Source: Tubiluchus corallicola (taxonomy: Eukaryota > Animalia > Priapulida). From it: a stretch of 64,000 nt of DNA. A program made the position numbers and the translations under genes. Under the pieces are notes generated by a model, which was not told where the DNA came from, searched no databases, and was given only the letters and a program-made list of their open reading frames with translations. This document shows, piece after piece, positions 26,609-40,243 of the stretch (the first letter of the stretch is position 1; each line of letters opens with the position of its first letter). The stretch spans positions 166,058 to 230,057 of the forward strand of contig JAQGDQ010000280.1 of NCBI GenBank assembly GCA_030141605.1. The letters run 5' to 3'.

Positions 26609-27421
26609 ATAAGAGCTACAGTTCATGAATTCAAAAAACGTACCTGTTGCTGTACGCCATAGGAACAAGTCGTTAATGACGATCTATAGAGAGATCAAGT
26701 TTTCTTTTCAGTGTAATGGACGCTTCGTGGAACAAAGAAAAACAACTAAATGCGTCGATAAAAAACTCCAAAATCTAATGATAAACAGCAAAACATGAAC
26801 AGCTTATCAAAACTAATCCGCGTTTAAGTCACCAAGCCAAAAGAATCAATATCAGTTCTACCAGACCAAGTTTGCTGGTTTCTCTATGTCTTGCTGCGCA
26901 ACAACGGACAAAAACACATCATCCGAGCAGAACGCAAGTCAATCGTAAACTGTTTTAATTCACCTCTCTCACTAGAGATTAATCAAACCATCGTCAGTAG
27001 ATTAATCAGCGAATCATTCCAGTTTGACAGCGAGCCACGTTAATTATGGCCTGTAGTCATCATCGGTGTAGGTGAACATTTACAAAATCGAATCTTTCAT
27101 TTTTCAAGCTTTATTAGTATCGCATCCAGTACAATGTAGTAACAATAGTAACAAACTACCGATATTGTAGCATCATACTGTAACATTATGTTTCATACAC
27201 TACTGTTACCATTCAAGACTGTTAACATGTTAACATACACTATTGTTACCGTACTGCAGTGGGCTAGAGAAGCAAAGGCTTGTATATGAGTCCGCTGACA
27301 TGTGAACCAAAAAAGAACAGGGATAAAGGTTAGATCACACAGGAAAGGAACAAGGATGTGTTAATGCAAGTTGCAGGAATAAAGACAGTAGGTTGCATCG
27401 GCTCTAGATGTCTCTTAATGC

Positions 27422-27965
27422 TTAAAAGAAAACTGGATGATTGTTTAAACATGAGTACAGAATAAAGACTGCTCTAAAATATGCTACAATAACTTTTTTT
27501 TAAATCAAAGCTTAGATTAAATAATAATTACCTCGGATATTCAAATTTCGTTAAACTTTCAAAGCTACGCGCGGCTCAGTGAATCTCCTAAGATTGGCAG
27601 CGGCGCCTTTTTGTCACGTGCGCGTGGCCGATAAATAAAAGGCGGTACCGTGATAACCATGATCATGAACTGCGGTGTTAGTTTCTGACGTCATATGACG
27701 TAGAGCCCATTTTCGTGACATCAGGCGTTTAAACAGTACTGTAAAGCTTACGCAAACATGCTTGACACGCAAGGGAAGACGCCTGCCATCGCACAAACTG
27801 TGGTTAGTTTCTGACGTAAGCAATAGTTGCCGTTAATGAACTATCTAAGCTAATTATTCAAATATAAAAAAAACAATTGTTAACTTTTATAAGCAAGAAA
27901 ATGTATATTTTGGACAGTAAATTAAAATGAGATTAAGTATAAACAATCATCAGGTTTTCGTTTAA
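27422..27965 (-). mobile_element. TTAA-flanked MITE family A, full length
   Basis: TTAA at both ends; reverse complement of 1142-1697. Confidence 0.88.
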
Positions 27966-30626
27966 TCGTGTGCATTAGCTATCTACGGAGTCTCAAATGA
28001 AGATAATACACAATTCCTTTTGAAAGGTTGTAATGTTGTAATAAAGAAAGCTTTGCATGCCAAATTTACATAATTGTTCAACAGAGCCTTCTAGTCTTGA
28101 TACAAGATTTACAAATCAAATTTCAAGACAGTTTCTTATCTGATGAGTGCCGAATGACTTGTATGGAACGAACAAAGTTAGGTAGTACATAAAAATGTCA
28201 GCGCCATATCCATGTTAATTCCCGTAATTCCCATGTTAATTCCATCGCCATGTTAATTCTCACAACACCCATTCAGTTTTCTAGTTTGCCTCACCTAAAT
28301 GGCTCCCTAAGACGATGTGATAATTACTAATTTCTATCATCATTATCACACTTTTATTACGAGTAATGGAACAGTGATTTTTACGCAATAAGCTTTACAG
28401 CAGATTGTATGGTAGCGCAGCAGGGACACCGCCGTTTGTGAATCACTGACACGTGACTTGAGAAATTTACTATTTAGATGCCCGGTGAATAGTTACTATT
28501 AACAAACGAAAACTATTGTGAAGCCTTACGCAAAGAAGCTCAATTTGGGAGTAAAGTATAGTTGGAACATGGAAGTAGAATAATACACAATTTTGTCGTT
28601 GAAACTTATTGTCCAGACTGTCGCTGTTTTGCTTGTAAAAGGTATTGGGTGTCAATGTCTTTTATTCAAGATGAATAGCCTCATGTTCGCAGTATCGTAA
28701 ATCATGCATGACAGTCTATACACGCATTTCATTCACGCAAACGCTGACGTTCACACTTTGTCAAAATACAAAACCTATTATTCGTTACCATAATTTATTC
28801 ACGACAAATGGGTCGCGTCCAAACTGACATCACACTCAAACGTTTGACTCGTCACTGTCGTTCATTTTGCAGCTCCGTGTCTGCTGTCTTGTGATGTAAC
28901 CTTTGATGATACTTGAAACCTAACTCGCAAATTCAAAAGGAATTCGCTCGTCTAATTACTAATGTCTCTCCCACAGACTGTTTTTCATTAAAATCTCGCA
29001 ATGAATAGCTTTGTGTCCATGCTGCCAGATCAGGCATGTCCACACAGTCAAAATATCACTTATCATCCCGGTTTATTTAACACAAACGGTGGTCGTGTTT
29101 ACACTGTTACGTCCCTGAAAAACAGTCACTCGTCACTGAAATTCATATACAGCAAACTTAATGTCCAGTCATTCACTAGCAAGAAATAGCTTTAGACATA
29201 GAAAGAACACGCGTCGTATCTTCAATCGATGTCACTCATTAATTTCATTCATTAGCACCCATCCTACTTAGTTTTGAGAAAAGTTTTGAGTTTAGACTGT
29301 GTTTGTCACAAATGTGTGACGCACGTCTCTCTGACTATGTCATCTCCGTGTAGCAGCCAGTACAATTCAGTACAATTTATAAAAGAATAAGTCATCTTGG
29401 TCGACGACAGTTACTAAGTGCTGAAAATAGGAAGCGTGAATAGTGAAGAATATGTTGTCACTGTCAAGCAATTTCATTTAGTCTTGTACAGTTACTTGTA
29501 TTTGCATTTGTAGACATGAAAGTATTTGAAACGAAGCCAGTCTTAGTCGTGTGACCCAAGCTTTAGCTTAGTAGTATACGCCACCTGGGTTTACACGTAG
29601 TCAGATTTTCTGTTGCCGCCATGCTGATCATGCCGTTTAGTGATACCTGAGTTGCTTAGTTTATTTTGTTGTAACTTCACAGTCATTAGTCGTGGTTGTC
29701 ACCAGTAAATGTAACTCGCTGTCTACTTTAATAATTAGTTAATAATTTAAATTCGTTAGAAATTGCTTCAAAATCTCTGGGATCACAAGTAATAATTTGT
29801 GTTTCAGTCTTCTTAAATCTAATTTCTCATTTTGTCTAAATAGTAATAACCTTTAGCACGTTTTAAGCATCTTTTGTGACCTATTATTTTAATAAATTGC
29901 AGGTGTATCTCACAGTCTAATGCTGATTTTTGTCGTTTCTTTGCCTGGACTATGCGCAACCACGTATGTTTTGTTCTCGAACTATAAAAAGCAAATTTTG
30001 TAAAAAAATTAAAACTGTCCGTCTCTTCATCCTTTCTCAGGATAAAATACTCAGCGTCACAAAGCTTTAAATTCAAACGATAACATAATTTTGCTAATTA
30101 AGTTGCAAAACTATCTACTCACATCTGCTCAGAGGTTACTGAACGGTACGCTGCAATAAAAGCGAGTTTGCAAAAGTCGGAAGCTACCGGAAAAAATGAG
30201 CAAAACCCTTGACACAGTTTGATATCGCATGCATAACAGAGGAAGAAATAAAGCGGTTTATTGGACGCAACAACTAAACCCTGTTTCCGTAGACAAATAG
30301 GTTGTAAAAGACCTGACACAATGTTAAGTGCTACCGGTAATTGATATAGGGTATACAGGATATAACATCATTACAAGAGCATTACAAGCACCCTCAGGTT
30401 AAACCATAAACTCATTTATCAAACACATTAGGAAGAAATAAAGTTAGCTGTGTATGGGGCACGGTGCAGGCGTGAGAACTAGGGTACAAGAGGACTTTTT
30501 TCGAGTGGCTTTTCGGATTGGTCCTTTAAAGCAGAGAAAACTGAGTTATTTATGAGCATACTTCGGGGTTGGTCCTTTAAAACACGAACGTACAAACTGG
30601 AAAAAGAATCAAATTTGTTCAAGTCC

Positions 30627-30848
30627 TTAAACCAAAACGGATCGAATCCGAAACCCTAGGTCAAAATAATCTACTCTTTAAAATATTGTGATGTCATCAA
30701 TAGTCGGGCTCGCCCGCCGTTAATTAAGTTTTTAATCTACAATTTACTTATCAGAAGCGCTTTTGCAGTATTAATTGTGTTAAATGTACACTTTTTATCG
30801 GATTTGAAAATGAGTTAGTATACGAAAAATCATCCTGTCTTCCCTTAA
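30627..30848 (-). mobile_element. Internally deleted MITE family D copy retaining both ends
   Basis: TTAA-ACCAAAACGG ... CATCCTGTCTTCCC-TTAA; the two halves match the ends of family D (8010-8078 and 57594-57745). Confidence 0.7.
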
Positions 30849-32107
30849 AACAATGTTGAAGCGATAATACGTTTACTAATCAATGTACGGTATTCAAAAA
30901 TTCAGTCCATGTTGGAGTAGTAAGTTTTATCGTGAAACGTTAGCTCATACGCGATTTATCTGTATTAATTCATAAAAAAATGCTGTTAATTTATCAATTA
31001 TTACGCGTCTACTTGCAGACTCAATATATGAGAATTAAAAATGAAATCCATGCAAAGAAATTAATAATGACACACGTAAATACATACTGTACACAACTAC
31101 ACAAAAATAAAAGCAACTGCACAAACTTACATACAAACAAACATGCGTGTAAACAAATGTGTGAAAATGTACAAGATTTTGATGTCTTGTAGAATTTCAG
31201 AACGATTTCAATCTATTGCTCCATTGAAAAATCATCCTTAACTGTGCTGGCATCGAAATGGTGAACAATATCCTGGCAGCGGGTACAACTTTGAATCTGC
31301 CGGTAAGCATAATAGGAACTCGGACAGGCTATTACAGACTGTTTCAATTTACTTTCTTACTAAGCAAGAAACCTTAATCAATTCACGAACTGCACTGGAA
31401 TGGAAGACAATGCATTCTGTGACTGCTGTGGACTTATCTTAACAAAAGCAGTGACTGTGTTTACGGTTGTCGTTCACTAATATATAATACTTACGAGTTT
31501 TCACCTTTCCTCCTGGTAAATCTATTGTTTCAAACGATTATACATTTAGGTACATAAACAACTTACTGGTTACTTAAACACCACAAATTCCACAATATTT
31601 CACGTAAGCTTACAGTTTACAAATAACTGTAATTGATTAATGACTAATTAACCAAAAAACACACACAGGGAAACCACATTCGACTGATGAATGGAACCAA
31701 GTGCTGGGAAACCATGCGCGTACTTAAAAGCACATTCAACTTTGCTCAGCTCAAGCTTAACTGTATAGAGCGCCTTGGAGAAGCCAAGCAGACACATTCT
31801 CCTCTTCCCCGGGTTATAAATAACGTCACGAATGTCGGGCGATGGACTTATTTTCTGAAATTCAGGCTGTTTGCTAAAGACAGAGTAAACAGCGATCAAC
31901 ACCAGAGCAACACAACATTATAGTCGCAGATTATGATTCAGATCTGTGGCATAACGAAACGGAAACACCTGTTTCACCACTGAAATTTAAGAAATTGATG
32001 AATAGATCAAAAATTTACAAAAATTTCCATGGAAACCGACCACGTAGACCGGCAAGTACAGACATTATTCAGTAACAAACTGTGCAATGCTTTAACTATT
32101 ACTGTTA

Positions 32108-32376
32108 CCTGATAGTTTAGTCTAGTGGTAACGTCCGGTTTCCGTCTGGGAGGTCGTGAGTTCAACACAGTGGTCAGGTCATAACCAAAGACTTTAAAAA
32201 TGGTACCTGCTGTTGTCCTGCTGTCTGCCATTCTGGGTAAAAGTGGGGTAATAATTCTCTCTGTTAAGTAGTTGTAGATTGTTATTTACAGTCTGTCCAA
32301 ACGCTCTTTGGACCTTATGTTATTTGTTCATCCAAAAAGCGAATTTTTAAATAAAGTTTACTATTATCTTATTATT
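32108..32376 (+). mobile_element. tRNA-headed SINE with Meta/MESC-like core
   Basis: A-box TAGTCTAGTGG, B-box GAGTTCAAC, core GGTCATAACCAAAGACTTTAAAAATGGTACC, AATAAA and (TAT)n tail; two more copies in the window. Core assignment is from recall. Confidence 0.75.
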
Positions 32377-33339
32377 CTAACCGTCCATGTTTTAATATCT
32401 GAACTTTTAAAAGTTTTCCAGGACAAAGCTAGTGGACTGTCGCTGATAACAAGGTTCTTCTGAGCTCACACGCTTTTTTTTCAATTTAGCAAAATAACTT
32501 CTCACCAGATCACTTGTCTGACTGAACTTACTGACCAACTGACAGACAATCGACTTAATGGCTAAGTTTTGACATGGTGCAAAACTGGTAAGAACATATC
32601 GTACAAAAATGAACAGGCATAAAGTCTGAAAACCATTTATAGAGAATTTCAGGAAAATTTTCTAGAAACTTCAAACACATTTGCACAAACAAAAATGTCA
32701 TCGAAGCACTAGAACAATAATTATCAAACCGTCATGCGTGTTATTTTGGAAAGAAAAACCTTTACCATAACCCTCACGCAACTTGCTCACTTTAACCGGA
32801 TGTTTCAAGTGCCCCTTGGCTCAAAGGAAACCAAGCAGACCTGATGACCTGAAGACCTGCACCATAGAAAATGAAACTTAAACATTCGAGGAAACAGAGA
32901 TCAAGTTTCAAAATATTTCCGGTTTGTTAAGGACACTTTGCATGCCAGAAGAGTTTAATATGGACGAGTAACCTCTGACAAAAATACTTCATAGTTACAT
33001 ACGTGTGTCGATTTCTCAGCTTAGGATTATTATCAGTTACGTCACCGAAATTATTTTGAAATATAAAGTAGCGCAATATACACCCAATCAAAAAACTGCA
33101 ATTGACTATATACATAGACACGTATGTATATAGTTTTCTCATTTTACTTACTGCTCAATCAGTTTTTTCATCATTTAACTAACCTTTTTTATAATTTAGT
33201 TTTTAGCTAGGCTAAAAGGTACTTGTTTACGACAGAACCTAGTAAATACGATATTGCTACAGACAAGTAGCGACCCGAATTGATTAAAGGCGAAGATATA
33301 GGAATTTAGATATAATAATATTTCACGTTAGGCATTCTT

Positions 33340-33425
33340 TAAAAAATAGTGTGTTTCCTTTCAATATTTTAAAGAATAGATAGTTTTGACCTGCAGTTTA
33401 ACATCGGGCCAGATTTTGCTTTCAC
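33340..33425 (+). mobile_element. MITE family D terminal fragment
   Basis: Matches 7995-8078 and 33715-33803. Confidence 0.65.
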
Positions 33426-33597
33426 GTTTTTTCTACTTGACATGCATTTGAAGAGGATGACCAGTGGTCAAGGTCATAATAAGGTTTAAGAGCAAGTTGA
33501 TTGAAACGTGTTTGCAAATTTCCCAACTTCGAGCTCATCTTATTCCATGTTAATCGGGTTATCAATTCAATATATCTTCCCACTTCAGAAACTTTGG

Positions 33598-33607
33598 GAT
33601 GATGATA

Positions 33608-33687
<80 letters not shown>

Positions 33688-33697
33688 AATGATGATT
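33598..33697. repeat. (GAT)n microsatellite
   Basis: Directly visible. Confidence 0.95.
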
Positions 33698-33699
33698 TT

Positions 33700-33803
33700 C
33701 CGCGCAAGTCTTTTTTGAAAAAAAATGGTACGTTTCCTTTCAATATTTTACGGAGTAGATTGTTTTGACCTACAGTTGAAGATTGGGTCCGGTTTTGCTT
33801 TAA
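33700..33803 (+). mobile_element. MITE family D terminal fragment
   Basis: ...GAGTAGATTGTTTTGACCTACAGTT ... GGTTTTGCT-TTAA as at 7975-8078. Confidence 0.7.
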
Positions 33804-34574
33804 AAATAAGATACATTTGAACAAATGCAAGAAAAGTTTTAAGTTGTCGGTTTATGTGAGTTTTAGTACAATTGGTTTTAATACAATCATAAATCGTACG
33901 TAAGTAAGCTCTGGGATTCGAACTCGGATCTGCACTTCGGGCACCTATGCTAACAATCACATGTGACGTCTACTGTGAAGATCTCTCATTCATTGTTTGT
34001 GAATATAATGCCATTCATATCCAATTTCCAAATCCAGTTTCTTAGTAATTATTTCACAGAGTACAATAGTAGTATATAAAAAGTCGTCCTGGTCACATGC
34101 ACGTCATTAAAATAACCAAGAATGTGGAGAATTCCCTCCTTAAACCGCAGAGATTTTGTAATAATGGCAGTAATTGTTGGAAATGTGGTTCTAAACCTCA
34201 ACCGTGTAACACTAAATAACTTCCGTCTAACAGTAAACACCCAAAGTCACTTCCTGCAGAGATCAAGACTTAATCAAGATGAGCCGGATTAAAAGCTCTA
34301 ATCCGATTACGTCATGTCCTGCTATAGTTATCAAGTGGCTAACTTGATCTCTCTAATAGTCAAGCAGATTAGTAATCTCACACACAAAAGACTTCATCCT
34401 ACAGAGTACATTAATATGGTAAACCCAGTAGGCTCTTCTTAATTCCACCGTAATTAACGTTGGGTCATTACGGATTCAGTCAAATTATTGAGTTCTCATT
34501 CTGCATGGCCTGTTGCTCTAGTCTGGTACCCTCGCCTAGTCTGGTACCCTTAATTGAGCAATGGAAGACTTGTG

Positions 34575-34946
34575 TTAAAGGCCCACACAATCCCAACAGA
34601 CACTGAAGTTTTTTTAACGAATTATTATGATTAACCAAGTTATTATTAAATAAAAGAGATTTATCAATTAAATAATTTACATTTTTCTGGCGAATTTCGA
34701 ATGCGTGAATTGCCGAGTTACAGAAAGCGTCTTTGGTGACCTCGTGACTGTACTCATTACGTCATTCGTCTCGCGCAACGAAAAATGGCGGTTCTTCAAA
34801 TTTAACGCGGTTAACATACAAGCGACAGAAATAAAAAACACACGTTTTACAGTAAGTTTATAATGAAATAAATTGAATATTCGTAATGACGGTTAAGGTT
34901 TAAGTTGTAAAAGCTTATATTATAGTGAGGGTTAGTTTGACTTTAA
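34575..34946. mobile_element. Single-copy TTAA-flanked putative MITE (family F)
   Basis: TTAA-AGGCCCACACAATCC ... GGGTTAGTTTGACT-TTAA weak TIRs; no second copy in the window. Confidence 0.45.
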
Positions 34947-35204
34947 AGATTCAAATCACTGGTTGTCTATGGTAACGGTATTTTGACCAGAGTCAAATGG
35001 TAACGCGTCCGTCTTCCGTCTAGGAGGTCTTGAGTTCGGTACAGTGGTTGGGTCACACATGAAGGTTTTAAAAATCGTATCTTATGTTGCCTCTGTTAGT
35101 AGTTAGTAGTCTCTGTTATGCAGTTGTAGATCGTTATTTACAGTCGGCAAAAACATGTTTGAGCTTACGTTAATTGTTTATGTAAAATCCGACTTTGAAT
35201 AAAG

Positions 35205-35475
<271 letters not shown>

Positions 35476-36053
35476 TACTTGATTAATTTAATGTGATGAA
35501 GGGAGCAGTGGTTTGTTAAAATATCGTTGTTATTATCAAACATTGTTGCGATTAACAATGTCATTATTTATGGACACACAACACAAGTCATTACATTACA
35601 AGCACTAGGCTGCCTTTTAAAATTTATCAGCTATTCAAAAACAATTAGGTGTACAAGGAATTTCAGCGAAAACCGCTCCAAATATCATTATCGATGGACC
35701 CCACGCACTAAAATGGATAATGCTTACATTTTAAACGTCGCAACATACATATAACTTTCACATACCTTGTTAATAATAAAGCAATTAGGCTAGAGTAGAG
35801 TAATTAGCATTCGACCACTAATGTTTCAATTTGTAGTTTAATTGGTGAACGGGGCTTTACATCCATAAACTTGCATTAATTACTTATTAGACCAACAGGC
35901 TGAAAATTGTCTAGGGAGTCGCGTTTAATTTAACAATAACCATAAAACTATCAAATTTAGGCGCCATTTTATTGGTTATAACTAGCTTAGGTTCCTGGGA
36001 GGAAAGCATGTGGTCTCACAGGGGGTATTAACAACTTTTATAGTTTTTTTACC

Positions 36054-36525
36054 TTAAGGGGGTAAGAAATAGGGAATTTTAAAGTATATCTCAAAAACTT
36101 TACATACAAAGTTGTATAAATTTGCATTACACTTGCCTGTTTAAAAACAGATGTAGGGAATAATGAAAATTTTTAATAAATTTAAAATGTTCGCGTCGCT
36201 TAGTAAAACGGCGCTGACTCGCCATCCCAGTGTGCACCACTGATTCACCTAAAAACACGCTATTGATCTTAATAACGCTATAAAGTAATTCGACCTTCTA
36301 CTTAGTTGGTGAAGAATGCGCCACGAATGCTGTGATGATTTTTCAAAATTTACACAATGTTATCTAAACTTGTTTTAAACGACTTATGACTAAAATAGCT
36401 GCCCAAGTTTTATACTGCGTTACTGTTAAGGCAAGCCCTGTGTGCAATAAGACAGCACGTAAATGGTGCAAAGTTCAAGACGAATTTTAGGCTCAAGTTA
36501 TGAAGAGTCTTTTCTTGTCTTTTAG
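36054..36525 (-). mobile_element. MITE family C, near full length
   Basis: TTAA-GGGGGTAAGAAATAGGGAATTTT terminus; CCCAGTGTGCACCACTGATTCAC core. Confidence 0.75.
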
Positions 36526-36584
36526 ACTGTTTTTGAGAGCCGTTACGGCAACGATGGAGTTACGACTCTTCGTTCTGCTATAGC

Positions 36585-36924
36585 CAGTGGTTCCCAAACT
36601 TTCTCGGACCGTTACCCAAATCGGGAAACCCGGTCGTGTCCATTACCCTCCACCTAGTACTACTTTTCCAACTCAAAAAGTAAACACACATATATGCCAC
36701 AAGCAAGCAAAATTATTTATGTTTGCTCGTGACATAAATAAATTTCCAGGTTGTTGTTGTTGTATTGTTGCCAAAACAAGAATTACAATTTCAAGAAGAA
36801 AACTACGTAAAATGCATTCCGAGCGAAATTTTAAAAATTTTCAGAGGGGTGTCCGTTACCCCCCCCCCCCAAAAAAAACCATATTACCCCGGGGGGTAAT
36901 TTACCCCTACTTTGGGAACCACTG
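36585..36924. mobile_element. hAT (Charlie/Buster-type) MITE
   Basis: TIRs CAGTGGTTCCCAAA / TTTGGGAACCACTG; flanks TGCTATA(G)C and TGCTATAC fit an 8-bp NNNTANNN target-site duplication with one indel. Confidence 0.85.
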
Positions 36925-37429
36925 TGCTATACAAGCAGCACGGTACACCTTGTTTACAAATCATTGTATAAAATCACGAATCCAGCATTTTTACCAGCAT
37001 AGCACGATATTAGGGCTACCCGGGTTCAGGGAGGCAATAAAGCAACACGGGGTCACGGATATCTCACCTCGCCTGAACGAGTCTGTCTCGCCCAGACAAG
37101 CCATTTCCGTTTCCGCTGCCCTCCGCCAACCAACTGGTCTCGCTCGTCGGGTCGCCCGCGTTTCACTTGAGTCACGCAGCTGGAGTCCGTGCGACCTGCT
37201 ACCGATTTGACGTGGACCTCGCTAACGACAGAGCTTCCTTCTGTGGGCTGGTTACCACGGTCAACCGAGCGACCAAGTTCTCAAAACAAAAGAAGCTTAC
37301 AGAAATTGCTGCTATTACACAACTAAGCAAATGACTGCACGAAGCTACCATGGGACTTTTGAAGAGTTTTAAAATCAATCAAGCAATTAATTACTTATGG
37401 TTTAATTGCCTTGAACACCCTTAACACCG

Positions 37430-37454
37430 GCGCACATGCACGCATGCACGCACG

Positions 37455-37499
<45 letters not shown>

Positions 37500-37527
37500 C
37501 TGATTGCTTGACTGTTCTTCAAAAGTC

Positions 37528-37587
<60 letters not shown>

Positions 37588-37615
37588 CGTGCGTGTGTGT
37601 ATGCGCGTGCGTATG
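37430..37615. repeat. Inverted compound microsatellites (CACG)n(CA)n - spacer - (TG)n(CGTG)n
   Basis: Directly visible; ~30-bp unique spacer at 37499-37529. Confidence 0.93.
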
Positions 37616-37877
37616 CTATTAAAATAAACCATATATAATAGACATCCCGTCCAATAGTCTTTATAACAATAATCCTCAAGAATGAAATAATTTCTGACCA
37701 TCTGATCACGCAGAAGCAATAAAATATTAACGGGTTTCTTGTCTACTATGCTAGAAAATGCAGTCTGAATTCCGGGAATTCTCCTGCAAGTTGCTCGTTG
37801 AAAGAGATGCAGGAAACTGAAGAGATCACACAGTCACGTACCACTGCATGAACAGTTTACCATGACCCATTTGCAGA

Positions 37878-38076
37878 ATCACCATCGTCGTCATCATCAT
37901 TATCATCATCATGATCGTGATCATCATCACCGCCATCATTATTATCATCATTGTCGTTATCATCATCATCACCATTATCAAGATCATCATCATTGACATC
38001 GCCATCACATTCGCCATCATCACCATCACCGCCATCATTATTATCATCATTGTCGTCATCATCATCATCATCATCG
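37878..38076. repeat. Degenerate (ATC)n microsatellite
   Basis: Directly visible. Confidence 0.9.
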
Positions 38077-38551
38077 TGAATGTGTTCTCATAGTTAGGTG
38101 AGATCTGACTACACAAACTTTCTATATCTGTCATTGTTCACATTGGAAATTCTTATTCCTTTCACTTATTCCTCCGTGGTTGTCAGAAACGCTTCTACTT
38201 TAGTCTGGCAGATAATCTAATAAATTACTGATTCTGCTCACAAATACCATTATTTCCATTAGCTGGATTCCATGTCAAGAGCAATCAGCATCGCAGACAT
38301 GTTGGAAGCTTGAGGCCCATGAGAGACGCTGATTCGACATATTATCGTAAAATTTTACAAAATGTTCTTGGGTTATTGGAAGAGATACTTCACTTGAAAA
38401 CCATATTTCGGATATTCGTAAAAGCAGCCCTACAAATAATGAGATTTGAAATTTTAGAAATTTACCGATAAATAAAGATCGGTTTCGACGCGCGAAAAAT
38501 AGTAAAATGTTTTTAAAATTTCTGTTCCCATTGACTTTGACTCTATCAGTT

Positions 38552-39058
38552 CTAAATTCACAAGAAAAACACCATTCTTACACAAAGATAGAACATACGT
38601 CTTGAGATTTTGTATCGTCTACATATTGTGCTGCCTTATTACATAGAGAACTTACATTCAGTAACGCTGTATTCAAAAACTTGTAAATTTAAACTTCCAT
38701 GTTGACCGTTAAGCGCAGCCATTTTAACGGTAAGTCATTTGAAACAAGTTTACATTGGGTAACGTTTGGAAAAATAATCAGAGTATTTGTAGCATACCCG
38801 TCGCTAACTGAACAAAAATATAAATTACTTTATATTGTCAATGAGATTAATAATATGTTTTTGGTGAGTCAGTGGTGCACACTGGGATAGTGAAACAGTG
38901 ACGTTTTACCAGGTGGCGCGAACATTTGAAGTTATCAGGAATTTTCTTTGTCAGTTACATAATTCTTTCAAATAGCTAAGCGTTGTGCAAAACAATATAA
39001 CTTTGTATGGAAAGTTTTTTGTGACACACTTAAAAATTCCCATTTCTTCCCCGTTTAA
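38552..39058 (+). mobile_element. MITE family C
   Basis: GAGTCAGTGGTGCACACTGGG core; ends ...CATTTCTTCCCCGT-TTAA. Confidence 0.75.
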
Positions 39059-39274
39059 ATAATTGTTGTGAAAAAAAGCGAAGAACGGAGCCTATATATA
39101 CGTAAAATATTTCTGAATAATGAAAGGAAATAATAACATATATGACTATGACAGCATTTTCAACATTTGGCTTTATTGCCAAGGTATTTAGTTCCTACAT
39201 GAATAATATATTAAACAATGTGTTGAAATAATAGTAAATAAAACAAAAAGAACTTATACAGCATTATCAATTAA

Positions 39275-39732
39275 AAAGCAAATACTAAAATATTTCAAAC
39301 ATTTTACCACCTTTATCACATATAAATTTCAGAATAGTTCTGTACAATTCGTACAAGCAAATGCTAAAATATTTCAAATATTTTACCACCTTTATCACAT
39401 ATAAATTTCAGAATAGTTCTGTACAATTCGTACAAGCAAATGCTAAAATATTTCAAATATTTTACCACCTTTATCACATATAAATTTCAGAATAGTTCTG
39501 TACAATTCGTACAAGCAAATGCTAAAATATTTCAAATATTTTACCACCTTTATCACATATAAATTTCAGAATAGTTCTGTAAACATAGTCTAAGCAAATA
39601 TTAACATATTTCAAATATTTTAGCACCATTTTCTCATATAAATTTCAGAATAGTTCTAAAGAACTCGTACAAGCAAACACTAAAATATTTCAAATATTTT
39701 ACAACCTTTATCTCACATAAATTTCAGAATAC
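39275..39732. repeat. 79-bp AT-rich tandem repeat, ~5.8 copies
   Basis: Period 79 (GCAAATGCTAAAATATTTCAAATATTTTACCACCTTTATCACATATAAATTTCAGAATAGTTCTG...). Confidence 0.92.
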
Positions 39733-40243
39733 TGGTGTATTTATTAAACATGATCATTTTAACACGTAGTGTTGATCAAACAAGAGCCAGCTTTCTGTGT
39801 CATTATTAGATTATCCGGCGCACAAAGTGTTTACAAATTTCTTCATACACCCAATTTCCATAATCCAGGCTAATATTATGCACAGTGGGACCAATGTATT
39901 ATTCATCACATAGCTTCATATTCATGCATTCAGCGGTGGCTTAGCGTGTTTATTTGGCTCCTAGTTTGCGCGCGTGTTGAACAGTAATTTAATTTCTGCT
40001 TGGTAATTCAACTATTATACTGCGATTATAAAGAATTACACACAATATTTAATAGCAGTGAATTAAGAACTATTCATACTGTTTTTGCTTTTCGCTACGT
40101 ATGGTAAGTTAATTAGTTTATACGGTTATATCAGCGAGTTGCAAAGATAATGCTTCTGTAAAGCCGGGAATATGTGGCAAATCATTTACGTATCGTACGA
40201 CTATGCCAAATGAAAGGATAAAGATAAACATATATACTAGCCC

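Noticed and set aside
28140-28160. CTGATGAG hammerhead-like start (also 20973)
   Set aside because: No stem II followed by GAAA and no cleavage triplet arrangement.
32108-32180. tRNA gene (also tRNA-like pieces at ~23025, ~24755 and ~33912)
   Set aside because: A/B-box remnants without a closing acceptor stem, continuing into SINE body or decayed; treated as SINE heads.
34562-34574. miR-7-like TGGAAGACTTGTG
   Set aside because: The match stops after 13 nt and I see no complementary hairpin arm.
36587-37210. 207-aa ORF
   Set aside because: Starts inside a hAT MITE terminal repeat and runs across the element boundary; no recognisable domain.
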